Shown: positions 19,092 through 29,566 of the stretch, in pieces | Numbering within the stretch: the stretch's first letter is position 1 | How the letters are laid out: each line of letters opens with the position of its first letter | NCBI GenBank assembly: GCA_035285865.1 | Contig: JAYKHS010000007.1 | Coordinates: 83,508-147,507, forward strand | Length of the DNA stretch: 64,000 bases | Origin: Candidatus Sericytochromatia bacterium | GTDB lineage: Bacteria > Cyanobacteriota > Sericytochromatia > S15B-MN24 > VGJW01 | Direction: 5' to 3' | Translations under genes and position numbers: made by a program | The notes under the pieces: model-generated | Seen by the model: the letters and a program-made list of their open reading frames with translations, nothing else | Told to the model about the DNA's origin: nothing | Database searches by the model: none

Positions 19092-21176
19092 TCAGGGATA
19101 GCCCTCGGGCACCAACCGCGCCAGATGCCCGCCCACCTGCTCGAGGCGCGCCGAGGCCTCTTCGGCCGAAAGCCCCAGCAACCCCATCGCGGCCGCCAGG
19201 CGGACCTTACCCCCGGCCGCATCCAGCAGGCGTTCCGCTTCGGGCATGCCCTTCATCACGATCTCGTCGATGATGCGGATGGCACGGTCGCGCAATTTGC
19301 GGTTCGAGACGTTCACATCGACCATCAGGTTGCCCCATGTCTTGCCCGTGAGCACCATGATGCCGGTGGATAGGGTCCCCAACACGACCTTGGTCGCCGT
19401 GCCGGCCTTCAGGCGGGTGCTGCCCGTCAGCAATTCGGGGCCCGTGACGATCTCGATCAGGTGGTCGACCGGGGGCTTGCCCTCCGGCCATCGGCCCTCC
19501 TGCGGCACGCACGTGACGAGCGCCGTCAGCGCTCCTTGGGCACGGGCGTGGGCGAGACCGGCACGGACATAGGCAGCCCCCCCTGAAGCCGACAGGCCGA
19601 CCACGATGTCGTCCGGCCCGACGCCTGCTCCCTGCAGATCGGCCACGCCAAGTTCCCCACGGTCCTCGGCCCCTTCGACGGCACGCGTGAGCGCCGACGG
19701 ACCACCGGCCATGAAGCCGAGGACGCGCTCGGGAGCCGTCGAGAACGTCGGCGGACATTCCGCCGCATCCAGCACGCCCAGTCGTCCCGAGGTACCGGCC
19801 CCGAGGTAGATCAGCCGGCCCCCGCGCCCGAACCGCTCGGCCGCATCGGCCAGCAGGCTCGCCAAAGGCGCCCGGGCACTGCGGACGGCAGCCGTGACGC
19901 TGTCTTCCTCGGCCGCGAAGTGCTCGACGATGTCCCCGGCGGAGGCTCTGTCGAGGTAAAGCGTGCCCGGATGACGGCGCTCGGTCGGCGGCAGGTGGGG
20001 ATCCAGCCTCACCCACGGCATCTCGACCAGCAAGCGCTGATAGTTGGCGCCCGGGGCAATCGTCCCGAGGATGGTGGCGCGACGGGCGCCCGTAGCCTCC
20101 GGAGCATGGTTGAGGCGACCGAGGACGGCTTCGTAGGCAAACAACGCAAAGGCCACAGCTTCGCGGGCCGCCGCCTCGGGCAACTTCTCGAGCACGAGGC
20201 CATGCTCGGCGATGAGGGCCTTCAGGCGACGCATCAGCGTCCTGTTGCGCACGCCACCGCCGGCAACCCTGACCCGCGAGGGCCGGAACGACCGATTCGG
20301 GGGCTGCTCCATCCACTGCACCAGCCCCCGGACGACCGTCCGGGCCGTCAGTTCGGTCGCCGTGGCCAGCACGTCCTCGACCGACAGCTCCAGTTGCATG
20401 GCCCGCTCCAGAAGACGCGCGACATAGGGCTGGCCAAACGCTTCGCGTCCCGTCGACTTGGGTGGAAGCTGCCCGAAGTAGGGGTTGTCCAGCAGCGCCC
20501 CGAGCAACACCGGATGCACCTGGCCACGGGCCGCCACCGCTCCGTCCCTGTCGCAAGGCAGGTTCAGCAGTTCCTGAGCCAGGCCGTCGAGGACCATGTT
20601 GGCCGGACCGGTATCGAAGCCCGCGGCCGGCCCCTGCCGCGGAAGCAGCGTGAGGTTCGCGATGCCGCCCAGATTGAGCAGCACCTCGTCGGCCTCTTCC
20701 GAGCCGTACAGGATCTGGTCCGAGTGGGGGACCAGCGGTGCCCCCTGACCGCCCAGCGCCAGATCGGCCACGCGAAAGTCCCCGACGGTCGTCAGCCCGG
20801 TCAAGGCCGCGATTCGCGATGGCGATCCGAGCTGCACCGAGGCCACGCCCGGCAGATGCAGCACGGTCTGGCCGTGGCTGCCCACGAGCTGGATCGTCTC
20901 ATCGGGCGTCTTGCGCCACGGCAAGGGCACATCCGCGACGGCGGTGGCAAAGGCATCGGCCACCTCCACCTCGAGGCGCGCGACCTCCTCGAGGGGCGTA
21001 CCGGGGCCCACTGCCCGGATGCGCGCGCCCAGTCCCTCCGGGTAGCGGACGGTCATGTGACCTTCGACGCGATGCCGGATGCGTCCCCCCGCCGTCCAGA
21101 AGACCACCTGCGCCACGTCGATCCCGTCGGCCGACGTGCCGGACATCAACCCGAGGACCCGCATCCTGTAAGCCAT
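19092..21176 (-). CDS. anmK-murQ: Fused anhydro-N-acetylmuramic acid kinase / N-acetylmuramic acid 6-phosphate etherase
   Basis: AnmK motifs GLMSGTSADGID, GSHGQT, GGQGAPL, FDTGPAN, PKSTGRE; MurQ motifs GAGTSGRLGVLDAAECPPTF, VEGAED, GSTRLKAGTATK; one ORF. Confidence 0.92.
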   Translation of the reverse strand: MAYRMRVLGLMSGTSADGIDVAQVVFWTAGGRIRHRVEGHMTVRYPEGLGARIRAVGPGTPLEEVARLEVEVADAFATAVADVPLPWRKTPDETIQLVGSHGQTVLHLPGVASVQLGSPSRIAALTGLTTVGDFRVADLALGGQGAPLVPHSDQILYGSEEADEVLLNLGGIANLTLLPRQGPAAGFDTGPANMVLDGLAQELLNLPCDRDGAVAARGQVHPVLLGALLDNPYFGQLPPKSTGREAFGQPYVARLLERAMQLELSVEDVLATATELTARTVVRGLVQWMEQPPNRSFRPSRVRVAGGGVRNRTLMRRLKALIAEHGLVLEKLPEAAAREAVAFALFAYEAVLGRLNHAPEATGARRATILGTIAPGANYQRLLVEMPWVRLDPHLPPTERRHPGTLYLDRASAGDIVEHFAAEEDSVTAAVRSARAPLASLLADAAERFGRGGRLIYLGAGTSGRLGVLDAAECPPTFSTAPERVLGFMAGGPSALTRAVEGAEDRGELGVADLQGAGVGPDDIVVGLSASGGAAYVRAGLAHARAQGALTALVTCVPQEGRWPEGKPPVDHLIEIVTGPELLTGSTRLKAGTATKVVLGTLSTGIMVLTGKTWGNLMVDVNVSNRKLRDRAIRIIDEIVMKGMPEAERLLDAAGGKVRLAAAMGLLGLSAEEASARLEQVGGHLARLVPEGYP

Positions 21177-21289
21177 GGCCCTAGCATAACCTTTTCTTAT
21201 CCTCCGCCTGCCGATTTCATGGCAAACTGAAAATGGCTCGCACCTGACCGCATCATCGCCGCCCGTTGCCGGGCCAACCCCTTTTTGCG

Positions 21290-23098
21290 ATGAGCACGCT
21301 GCGTACCTTCGACCTCGAACTGAGGCCCCTCGATCGGGCCCAGCGCGAAGGCCTGCGCCGAATCCGCACTCAGGTCGAGTCCTGGTCGGCCCTCTGGAAC
21401 GAAGCCCTCGCCCCGCTCGGCTGGGTGGATCTGGCCCAGTCCGTTCGGGATGAAGGCCTCGCCCGAGCCCGCACGATGCTCGACAGCGCCCGCGCGGGTG
21501 TCGAAGCCCTGCCCGAGCCTTTCCGCGGCACGCTCCTGGGCGCCCTCAGGACCCAGTACCGGGCGCTCACGGCCGGTGTCGCGGCCACCCGGGGCGAAGC
21601 CTGGACCTGGGCCGTATTCGCACCGGGCACGTGGACGCTCGTGCCTGCCGGGGATGACACCCTGCGCCTGCACCTGCCGCTGCTGGGCCGGGATCTGCCT
21701 GTCCACGCCCGCCTGCCCCAGGGCCTGGACACCGAGACGTTCCGGCGCCAGACGGAGGGTGCCCGCTGGCTCGAGGCGCGCATCGGCCGCAGGCAGGGCC
21801 GCTGGGTGCTGCGCATCCGTTGCCGCCTCGCTGTCCGCACGCCCGTGGGCGTGGATCTCGGCATGCGCCACCGGGCGGTTGTGGCCGATGCCGACGGCCG
21901 ACTCCTGCTCGATGCAACCGGTCGCCGTGAACGCGGCAAGGTTGCCCGGATGGAGCGCGTGATGGCCTCGATGCAGCGCAAGGGCGCCCATCGGGCCGCA
22001 CGACGCCTCGCCGCCCGGCGTGACCGCTATCAGGCCAACTGCGACCTCGCGGTGGCCGGGGCGGTGGTTCGCGCCGCCAGCAAGGTCGCAACGCCGGTCC
22101 TGCATCTCGAGAACGAGGCCACCTTCGCGACCTTGCCCGACGCCATGCGTCGCCGTCTGGTCCGCACCAGCCGGGCCATTCGCCGCAGCGCCAGCCGCGC
22201 CGGCGTGCCCGTCCGCTTGCTGGACGGTCGCCAGTCCACCCATCGCTGCGAAGCGTGCGGGACCCACGTCCCCGCTTCGTCTGCCCCCCTCGTGTCCTGC
22301 CGGTGCGGTTCGCGCCCGCGGGATCTGCAAGCGTCGCGCAACCTTGCGCGTCTCGCGTCGGCACGGGTTCGCCCGTCCGGCGAAGCTCCCCGACCGGATT
22401 CGGGGAGACAGGCCGTCGGCACGGCTGCATCCCCGCCTCCTGCCCGTTACAAGGGCGTGCAGGAGCGCGCGGGAAGGGGCACGCAAGTCCCCCATGCCTG
22501 GATGAACAACATCCCGTCCCTTGGTGCGCCCGCAAGGCGCCAGAAGGAGAAACCCCTCATGACGACCATCGTCAAGGATCTCGGCGAGACCACCCAGAAG
22601 CTCGTCGTCCACTCGCTCGACAACCTCAAGACCTATGTCGAGAAGACCTCCCAGGAACTGGGCGGCGTCAACCTCGTTGGCGCGACCCGGAACGTCCTCG
22701 ACACCGCGATTGACGGCGCCAAGAACGTCGTCAAGGCGGCCGAGACCCTCTCGGACGATCCCTTCACGGCCATCAAGGTCGTGGCCGATCGCTCCGTCGA
22801 GGCCACCCGGGAAGTCCTCAACACCATCGCCGAGGAAGGCCGCAAGGCCGATCTCGTCGGGGTGTCGAGCCGCATCGCGATGGAAGGGCTCAACACCCTT
22901 CGCTCCGAAGTGGATTACGGCCTCGAGACGGGCAAGGCGCTCGTGAACCGGCTTCAGGCCTCGGCCACGCCGACCCAGCCGGTCGTGACGCGTCCGCCTC
23001 AGGTGACCCGTGTCGAGATCGAACACGAGAAGCCCGCGAGGAGCAGCGCCAAGAGCACCGAGAAGGCCGCCGCGGCTGAAAAGCCCGCCAACGCCTGA
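21290..23098 (+). CDS. tnpB: TnpB/Cas12f-like RuvC protein (to ~22360) with no stop of its own, reading in frame into the downstream helical protein
   Basis: IS605 OrfB-like N-terminus; RuvC-I GVDLG (D at 21854), RuvC-II HLENE (E at 22109), Zn finger CEACG...CRCG, RuvC-III RDLQASRNL (D at 22322). Confidence 0.75.
   Translation: MSTLRTFDLELRPLDRAQREGLRRIRTQVESWSALWNEALAPLGWVDLAQSVRDEGLARARTMLDSARAGVEALPEPFRGTLLGALRTQYRALTAGVAATRGEAWTWAVFAPGTWTLVPAGDDTLRLHLPLLGRDLPVHARLPQGLDTETFRRQTEGARWLEARIGRRQGRWVLRIRCRLAVRTPVGVDLGMRHRAVVADADGRLLLDATGRRERGKVARMERVMASMQRKGAHRAARRLAARRDRYQANCDLAVAGAVVRAASKVATPVLHLENEATFATLPDAMRRRLVRTSRAIRRSASRAGVPVRLLDGRQSTHRCEACGTHVPASSAPLVSCRCGSRPRDLQASRNLARLASARVRPSGEAPRPDSGRQAVGTAASPPPARYKGVQERAGRGTQVPHAWMNNIPSLGAPARRQKEKPLMTTIVKDLGETTQKLVVHSLDNLKTYVEKTSQELGGVNLVGATRNVLDTAIDGAKNVVKAAETLSDDPFTAIKVVADRSVEATREVLNTIAEEGRKADLVGVSSRIAMEGLNTLRSEVDYGLETGKALVNRLQASATPTQPVVTRPPQVTRVEIEHEKPARSSAKSTEKAAAAEKPANA
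22360..22545 (+). ncRNA. Candidate structured RNA (omegaRNA-like scaffold or structured leader)
   Basis: Seven hairpins read by eye: 22363-22376 (UUCG loop), 22386-22407, 22411-22426, 22432-22473, 22476-22492 (GCAA loop), 22500-22514, 22526-22540; lies directly after the RuvC-III motif. Confidence 0.5.
22559..23098 (+). CDS. Amphipathic all-helical protein, phasin/apolipoprotein-like, with Lys/Ala-rich tail (179 aa)
   Basis: Own SD AAGGAG before ATG 22559; strongly biased codons; amphipathic periodicity; tail KPARSSAKSTEKAAAAEKPANA. The function label is inference. Confidence 0.7.
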   Translation: MTTIVKDLGETTQKLVVHSLDNLKTYVEKTSQELGGVNLVGATRNVLDTAIDGAKNVVKAAETLSDDPFTAIKVVADRSVEATREVLNTIAEEGRKADLVGVSSRIAMEGLNTLRSEVDYGLETGKALVNRLQASATPTQPVVTRPPQVTRVEIEHEKPARSSAKSTEKAAAAEKPANA

Positions 23099-23111
23099 TC
23101 GACGGCTGCAG

Positions 23112-23153
23112 CCGCCGGGTCCGGACCAGTCCGGGCCCGGCGGTCCGCCTTTT
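23112..23153. terminator. Intrinsic terminator between convergent genes
   Basis: CCGCCGGGTCCGGAC-CA-GTCCGGGCCCGGCGG hairpin followed by a short T run. Confidence 0.65.
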
Positions 23154-23157
23154 GAGG

Positions 23158-23811
23158 TCAGGCGAGGTCGGCGAGCGCCACCCCTGCCGCTACGAGAACC
23201 GCATCCGGATCGGCGGTGCCATCAACCCGAACAATGCGTGCGCCATGTTCACGTGCAAGCACGGCAAAGCCTTCGCGCACCCGCTCGTGGAAAGCCACCC
23301 CGGCACCCTCGAGCCGGTCCGGACCACGCGAGGCGGCGGCGCGGCGCAGACCTTCCGCAACAGGCACATCCAGCCAGAGGGTGCGATCCGGCACGAGCCC
23401 GGCCGTTGCCCACGCATTGACCTGCTCGACCATGGCGCGGTCGAGCCCTCGACCGAAGGCCTGGTAAGCCACCAGCGAATCGACGTGGCGATCGCAGAGC
23501 ACCCACGCACCCCGCGCCAGAGCCGGACGAACCACCTCGGCCAGATGCTGGGCACGGTCTGCGCCATACAGCAACAACTCAGCCAACGGGTCCACATCGT
23601 GCCCCGGTGCCAGCAACAACTGGCGAATCGCACCCCCAAGACCCGTTCCTCCGGGCTCGCGGGTGACGACGACCTCCCTGCCCTCGCTGCCCAGCATCTC
23701 GGCAAGCGCGCGGATGAGCGTCGTCTTGCCCGCGCCCTCCCCGCCCTCGAAGGTCACGAAACGGCCCTTGCCGCTCCGAGGCAACGGGGATAGCCGGTCC
23801 ACGCCGCTCAA
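23158..23811 (-). CDS. tmk: Thymidylate kinase
   Basis: FVTFEGGEGAGKTT, TREPGGT, ADRAQH, LCDR..DS..AYQ. Confidence 0.95.
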   Translation of the reverse strand: MSGVDRLSPLPRSGKGRFVTFEGGEGAGKTTLIRALAEMLGSEGREVVVTREPGGTGLGGAIRQLLLAPGHDVDPLAELLLYGADRAQHLAEVVRPALARGAWVLCDRHVDSLVAYQAFGRGLDRAMVEQVNAWATAGLVPDRTLWLDVPVAEGLRRAAASRGPDRLEGAGVAFHERVREGFAVLAREHGARIVRVDGTADPDAVLVAAGVALADLA

Positions 23812-25913
23812 GGGACCGCTCCCGGAAGACGTGGGCGCAAGGGCGCTTCAGACGGCGACCAGACGGGCATCGGCAGCACCTGGGGCGACGACGACGCAGG
23901 CGACGACGCAGGCGACGACGCAGGCGACGACGCAGGCGACGACGCAGGCGACGGCGCTTCCGTGGCCCCTTCCGAAACACTGCTTTCCCGCGCGCCTGGC
24001 AACACGACGGGTTCCGCATCCTGGAAGGGATCCCAGGTGGGACCAGGTGACGGCAGACCCGGTGGGGGGCTGGCCTCGGGGAAGTTCCGCACGGGCAGGC
24101 CGGAGTGCCAGTCCTTCATGACCTTGCGCCAGATGCGGGCGGCCACCCTCCCCCCGAAGGCCCCGTCCTTCATCGGTGCGCGATCGTCGTTGCCGACCCA
24201 CACGGCCAGGCTGACCTGCGGCGTGAATCCTGCGAACCAGGCATCGCGGAACGCACTGGTCGTCCCCGTCTTGCCCGCGGCCGGCCGACCGATGCCCTGG
24301 CCCTTGGCCGTGCCGCGCTCGAGGACGCCGGAGAGCACCGAGACCAGGCGGGAAACGGCATGGGGCGGGGCTACCTCGGCCCGACGGGGTGCCGGACGCT
24401 CGTCGAGGCCGCCGCCCACGACCCGCACATGCAGCTGTGGCTGGACCCACTGGCCCTTGTTGGCGAACGCCGCGTAGGCGGCCGCGAGCTCGATGGGGTT
24501 GGTGGCTCCCGAGCCCAGTGCAAGCGTCAGGTCCCGGGGATGCGGTCCCCGCATGCCGGCCGCCTTGAGGATGGCCTCGACCGGCTGGCGCCCTACCTCG
24601 GCATAGGTCCGGACCGCCACCGTGTTGACCGACTGCTCCAACGCGGCGCGAAGCGTCAGCGCACCATAGATGCGCCCGTCGTCGTTGCGCGGCTGGTACC
24701 AGCGCCCGTTGCCGGCCGGGTAGCGCGCCGCCGCGTCCACCACCACGTCCTCCGGCGTCCGGCCGGAGGCGAAGGCCGCAAGGTAGACGAACGGCTTCAT
24801 GCAACTGCCCGGCTGCAGGTTCGCCATCGTCCGGTCGTAGTCCGTCGCCCCGACGCCACCCACAAGGGCCAGCACGTGGCCCGTGCCGGGTTCGACGGCC
24901 GCCATGGCCACCTGTCTGAAGCCCATCCGGGCACCATCCGTCCGCACGGCCTCCTCGGCCGCGGCCACCGCCAACTCCTGCAACCGGGCATCCAGCGTCG
25001 TCTGGACCACAAGCCCGCCCTCCTGCACGCGCGCCGGCCCGAGACGCGCCTCGAGCACGCTCTGCAGGCGACGGCGGAACCAGCCGTGGTCATCCCGGGG
25101 CGAACGCTTGATGCCAAGGTGCCGACGCAGACCGTGTCCATCGATCTCTCCGGCACGCCAACGGGCCACCTGTCGGGTGCGTGCCTCGCGAACCAAACGA
25201 TCCGCCTTGAGATGACCGGCATTCACCATGCGGCCAAGCACGAAACGCTGGCGATCGATGAGTCGGTCGAGTCCATCGTCCGAGAAGGGATCGTATTGTG
25301 ACGGTCCCTTGAGCATGGCGACAAGCACGGCCCCTTGGCCGGGATCCAGTCGGCTCGCCGGCTTGCCGAAGTAGACCTCCGCCGCTGCGGCAACGCCGTA
25401 CGCACCCCGCCCCCACCAGACCTCGTTCAAGTAGCGTTCCAGAATCTGGTCCTTGGTCATGCCACGCGTGAGCTGGACCGTGACCATGGCCTCGCGCAAC
25501 TTGCGGTCCAGGGTCTTGCGTCGGTCCTGGATCAGCGTCTTGGCCAACTGTTGCGTCAGCGTCGACCCGCCCTCCCGAGCCTCTCCCGCGAGCAGGTTCT
25601 TGAACATCGCCCTTGCGAGGCCCTTGGGATCGAAACCGACATTGCCGTAGAAGCCGGGATCCTCGGTATCGATCAAGGCCTGCCGCAGGGACTCCGGCAC
25701 GTCGGCCAGAGCCACGGCGTGCTGATGGCGTTCGCCCCGGATCTCCCCGAAGACCCGACCGGCCCGATCCCGAAGGATTGAGGGGGGACCGGGAAAAGGA
25801 CGCAGCAAATCGGCCAAGGTATCGGCCGCGAGGCCCGGGCGGGCCAGGACCAGCATGGCCATCGTGGCGACCACCCCGGTCAGAGCCGAACGGCTCCGTC
25901 CGAAGGACCCCAC
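23808..25913 (-). CDS. Class A penicillin-binding protein (PBP1A family)
   Basis: Transglycosylase TED..FY, GGSTLTQQLAK, RKLRE; transpeptidase SCMK, SVN, KTG; start uncertain (25913 GTG or 25862 ATG). Confidence 0.9.
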   Translation of the reverse strand: MGSFGRSRSALTGVVATMAMLVLARPGLAADTLADLLRPFPGPPSILRDRAGRVFGEIRGERHQHAVALADVPESLRQALIDTEDPGFYGNVGFDPKGLARAMFKNLLAGEAREGGSTLTQQLAKTLIQDRRKTLDRKLREAMVTVQLTRGMTKDQILERYLNEVWWGRGAYGVAAAAEVYFGKPASRLDPGQGAVLVAMLKGPSQYDPFSDDGLDRLIDRQRFVLGRMVNAGHLKADRLVREARTRQVARWRAGEIDGHGLRRHLGIKRSPRDDHGWFRRRLQSVLEARLGPARVQEGGLVVQTTLDARLQELAVAAAEEAVRTDGARMGFRQVAMAAVEPGTGHVLALVGGVGATDYDRTMANLQPGSCMKPFVYLAAFASGRTPEDVVVDAAARYPAGNGRWYQPRNDDGRIYGALTLRAALEQSVNTVAVRTYAEVGRQPVEAILKAAGMRGPHPRDLTLALGSGATNPIELAAAYAAFANKGQWVQPQLHVRVVGGGLDERPAPRRAEVAPPHAVSRLVSVLSGVLERGTAKGQGIGRPAAGKTGTTSAFRDAWFAGFTPQVSLAVWVGNDDRAPMKDGAFGGRVAARIWRKVMKDWHSGLPVRNFPEASPPPGLPSPGPTWDPFQDAEPVVLPGARESSVSEGATEAPSPASSPASSPASSPASSPASSSPQVLPMPVWSPSEAPLRPRLPGAVP
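23890..23949. repeat. 12-bp tandem repeat (GACGACGCAGGC x5) encoding (PASS)n in the PBP tail
   Basis: Five perfect copies, frame-preserving. Confidence 0.95.
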
Positions 25914-25914
25914 C

Positions 25915-27453
<1,539 letters not shown>

Positions 27454-28440
27454 CTACCGGGCCTCCAGGGGTTCGAGGGCAGAGGCCACCAGCTTGCGGG
27501 CGCGGGAAAGGCCTTCGGACATGCCTGCGTTCGGGTCGCCGAGCCCGCGGATGTCGCGAACCAGACGGCGGGCAAAGCTGCCGATGGCCACGCCGGCAAG
27601 GCCCAGCCCCATCTCGCGGGCCAGCTTGCCCGTGAGATCGTTGGTCCCGCCGGCCACCTGGACATGCGGCACTCCCGCCGCCATGAGGGCCTCGGCAAAG
27701 GTCAGCGCCGGCCGGGTCGAAGCCTCGCCGGCCGTACCGCTGATGGGCTTGCCGTCCGCCTGCAGGAGCAGGGGCCCGTCCACCCACCGGGAGGCCGTCC
27801 GCCACGCCCCGACAGCCTGGTCGACCGTCATCTGCACCGCGTTGACCGACAACGAGAAGACTCCGCCCTTGGCCGTCCAGGCCCGGACCTGCCCCTCATA
27901 GGCCTCGAGTCCTGCACCGGTCCCGGCATGGAGCTCGAGCGCTCGGGCGCCGGCATCCCACAAGTCATCCAGTGCGGCAGGAGGCGCCGCGGGCACCATC
28001 TGCACGGCCTCTTCCGGGCAGGCCGCCACGCACTGGCCGCAGCCGACGCAGCGCTGGGCCACGATCTTGAACTGAGCGTCGATGGCGCCGTGGGGACAGG
28101 CATTGAGGCAGTGCGGGCACTCCCAGGTGCAGCGCGCGTCGATCTTCTCGGCAATCTGCACATGCGGGTCGTCCTCGGGACCGATGGACACCATCACGAG
28201 CGGCACGGGGGCCTGCGGCAGCCAGGCCGAACCGAGGCGTCGGGCCCGGCGGACGCCCGACAACGCGGCGTCCACGGCGTCGGGGCGCGCGGCGACGTCC
28301 ACGAGGCGTGCACCGGCCAGCGTGAAGATGGTCGCGAGGTGCGCGAGTTCGGAGGTGTCCTCGAAGGTGGCTCCGCACACCAGCTTGAAGTACGGTCCCT
28401 CCGCGACGAGTGGCTGTATGAGCTTGGACAGCGTGGTCAT
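27454..28440 (-). CDS. ldpA: LdpA-like 2x[4Fe-4S] protein
   Basis: FKLVCGA, DDPH/EDDPH, C..C...CP..AI and CVGCGQC...CP, LELH, QADGKPISG, AGGTN, GVAIGS; SD AGGAGG. Confidence 0.8.
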   Translation of the reverse strand: MTTLSKLIQPLVAEGPYFKLVCGATFEDTSELAHLATIFTLAGARLVDVAARPDAVDAALSGVRRARRLGSAWLPQAPVPLVMVSIGPEDDPHVQIAEKIDARCTWECPHCLNACPHGAIDAQFKIVAQRCVGCGQCVAACPEEAVQMVPAAPPAALDDLWDAGARALELHAGTGAGLEAYEGQVRAWTAKGGVFSLSVNAVQMTVDQAVGAWRTASRWVDGPLLLQADGKPISGTAGEASTRPALTFAEALMAAGVPHVQVAGGTNDLTGKLAREMGLGLAGVAIGSFARRLVRDIRGLGDPNAGMSEGLSRARKLVASALEPLEAR

Positions 28441-28548
28441 CGCGGCGAGCGCCTCCTGGACGGGACGTGATCAAGGGCACGGCCATGATACAAAGGTTTC
28501 TCCTTAACCGCCAGATAACCCTCGCCCACCTGCCGGAGTCCGTCCATC

Positions 28549-29529
28549 ATGTCCGCACCCGAAACCCTGCTCGGCATCGACCTTGGAGGCACCAAAGTCC
28601 ACCTACGCCTCGCGGGCCCGCAGGGCGTGGTGCTCGATCGGCGCCTGCCCACGGCGGATCATCCGGATCTCGAGACGCTGGTGCTGTCGGCCCTGGGGGA
28701 CAGGATGCCCGACGCCACGGCCGTCGGCATCGCCGGCCCCGTTCAGGGCGATCGGGCCCACGTCACCAATGTGGGCTGGAACATCGAAGCCGGTACACTT
28801 GCCCGGGCCCTCGGCGGCGGCAAGGTCGTGCTGGCGAACGACATGGCCATCGTGGCCCATGGGCTGGCGACCCTGCGGGCGGAAGAAACGATCGTCCTGC
28901 AGGAAGGGAGCCGCGAGGAGCGTGGCCCGATCCTGATCGTCGGGGTCGGCACGGGCATGGGGACCGGCCTGCTGGTGCCGGAACTGGGCGGAGCGGCCGA
29001 TCGCTATCTCGCCGGCGAGGGCGGGCACGCGACGTGGGCACCCCGGACGGAGGAAGATCGGGAATTGCAGGCCTGGCTGGCGGAACGCCATGGGCATGTG
29101 TCGCTCGAGCGCGTGGTTTCGGGAACGGGCCTCGCCACCGCCGCACAGTGGGCCGACGGTTCGGGAAGACCGCTGGCCGAGGGCGTCCGCGAGGCACTCG
29201 CGTCGGGCGAGGGGGTTGCCGCCGCCGTCGTGGCCGCGGCCGAATCCGGCACGTGTCCGACGAGCGCGGGCATCCTCGGGCGCTTCGTCTCGACGCTGGG
29301 AGCAGCCATCGGCAACGCCGCCCTGACTACCCTGCCGACCGGCGGCATCTTCCTCGCCGGCGGAGTCGCCCAGAAGCTGGCCGGGCATCTGGGCCAAGGC
29401 AGCCTCTTCCTCGAGAGCATGCGGGACAAGGGGAGGATGCGAGGCCTTGTCGCCGGCCTCCACGTCGCGGTGGTCAAGGCCGAGGACGTCGCCATCCGTG
29501 GGGCGCTGGCGCTCGCTGCCCGGGCCTGA
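28549..29529 (+). CDS. glk: Glucokinase
   Basis: GIDLGGT, IAGPV, TNVGW, LAND, GTGMG, GEGGH, ERVVSG.GL, GGIFLAGG. Confidence 0.9.
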   Translation: MSAPETLLGIDLGGTKVHLRLAGPQGVVLDRRLPTADHPDLETLVLSALGDRMPDATAVGIAGPVQGDRAHVTNVGWNIEAGTLARALGGGKVVLANDMAIVAHGLATLRAEETIVLQEGSREERGPILIVGVGTGMGTGLLVPELGGAADRYLAGEGGHATWAPRTEEDRELQAWLAERHGHVSLERVVSGTGLATAAQWADGSGRPLAEGVREALASGEGVAAAVVAAAESGTCPTSAGILGRFVSTLGAAIGNAALTTLPTGGIFLAGGVAQKLAGHLGQGSLFLESMRDKGRMRGLVAGLHVAVVKAEDVAIRGALALAARA

Positions 29530-29566
29530 ATCGAGGGCACTCCGCTCCGGGCGGTATACTTGGGTC

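Noticed and set aside
21180..22560. Intact IS200/IS605 or IS607 element
   Set aside because: No Y1 or serine transposase, and no recognisable paired end hairpins that I could identify.
23890..23949. CRISPR array near the TnpB/Cas12-like gene
   Set aside because: 12-bp head-to-tail repeat without spacers, inside a coding frame.
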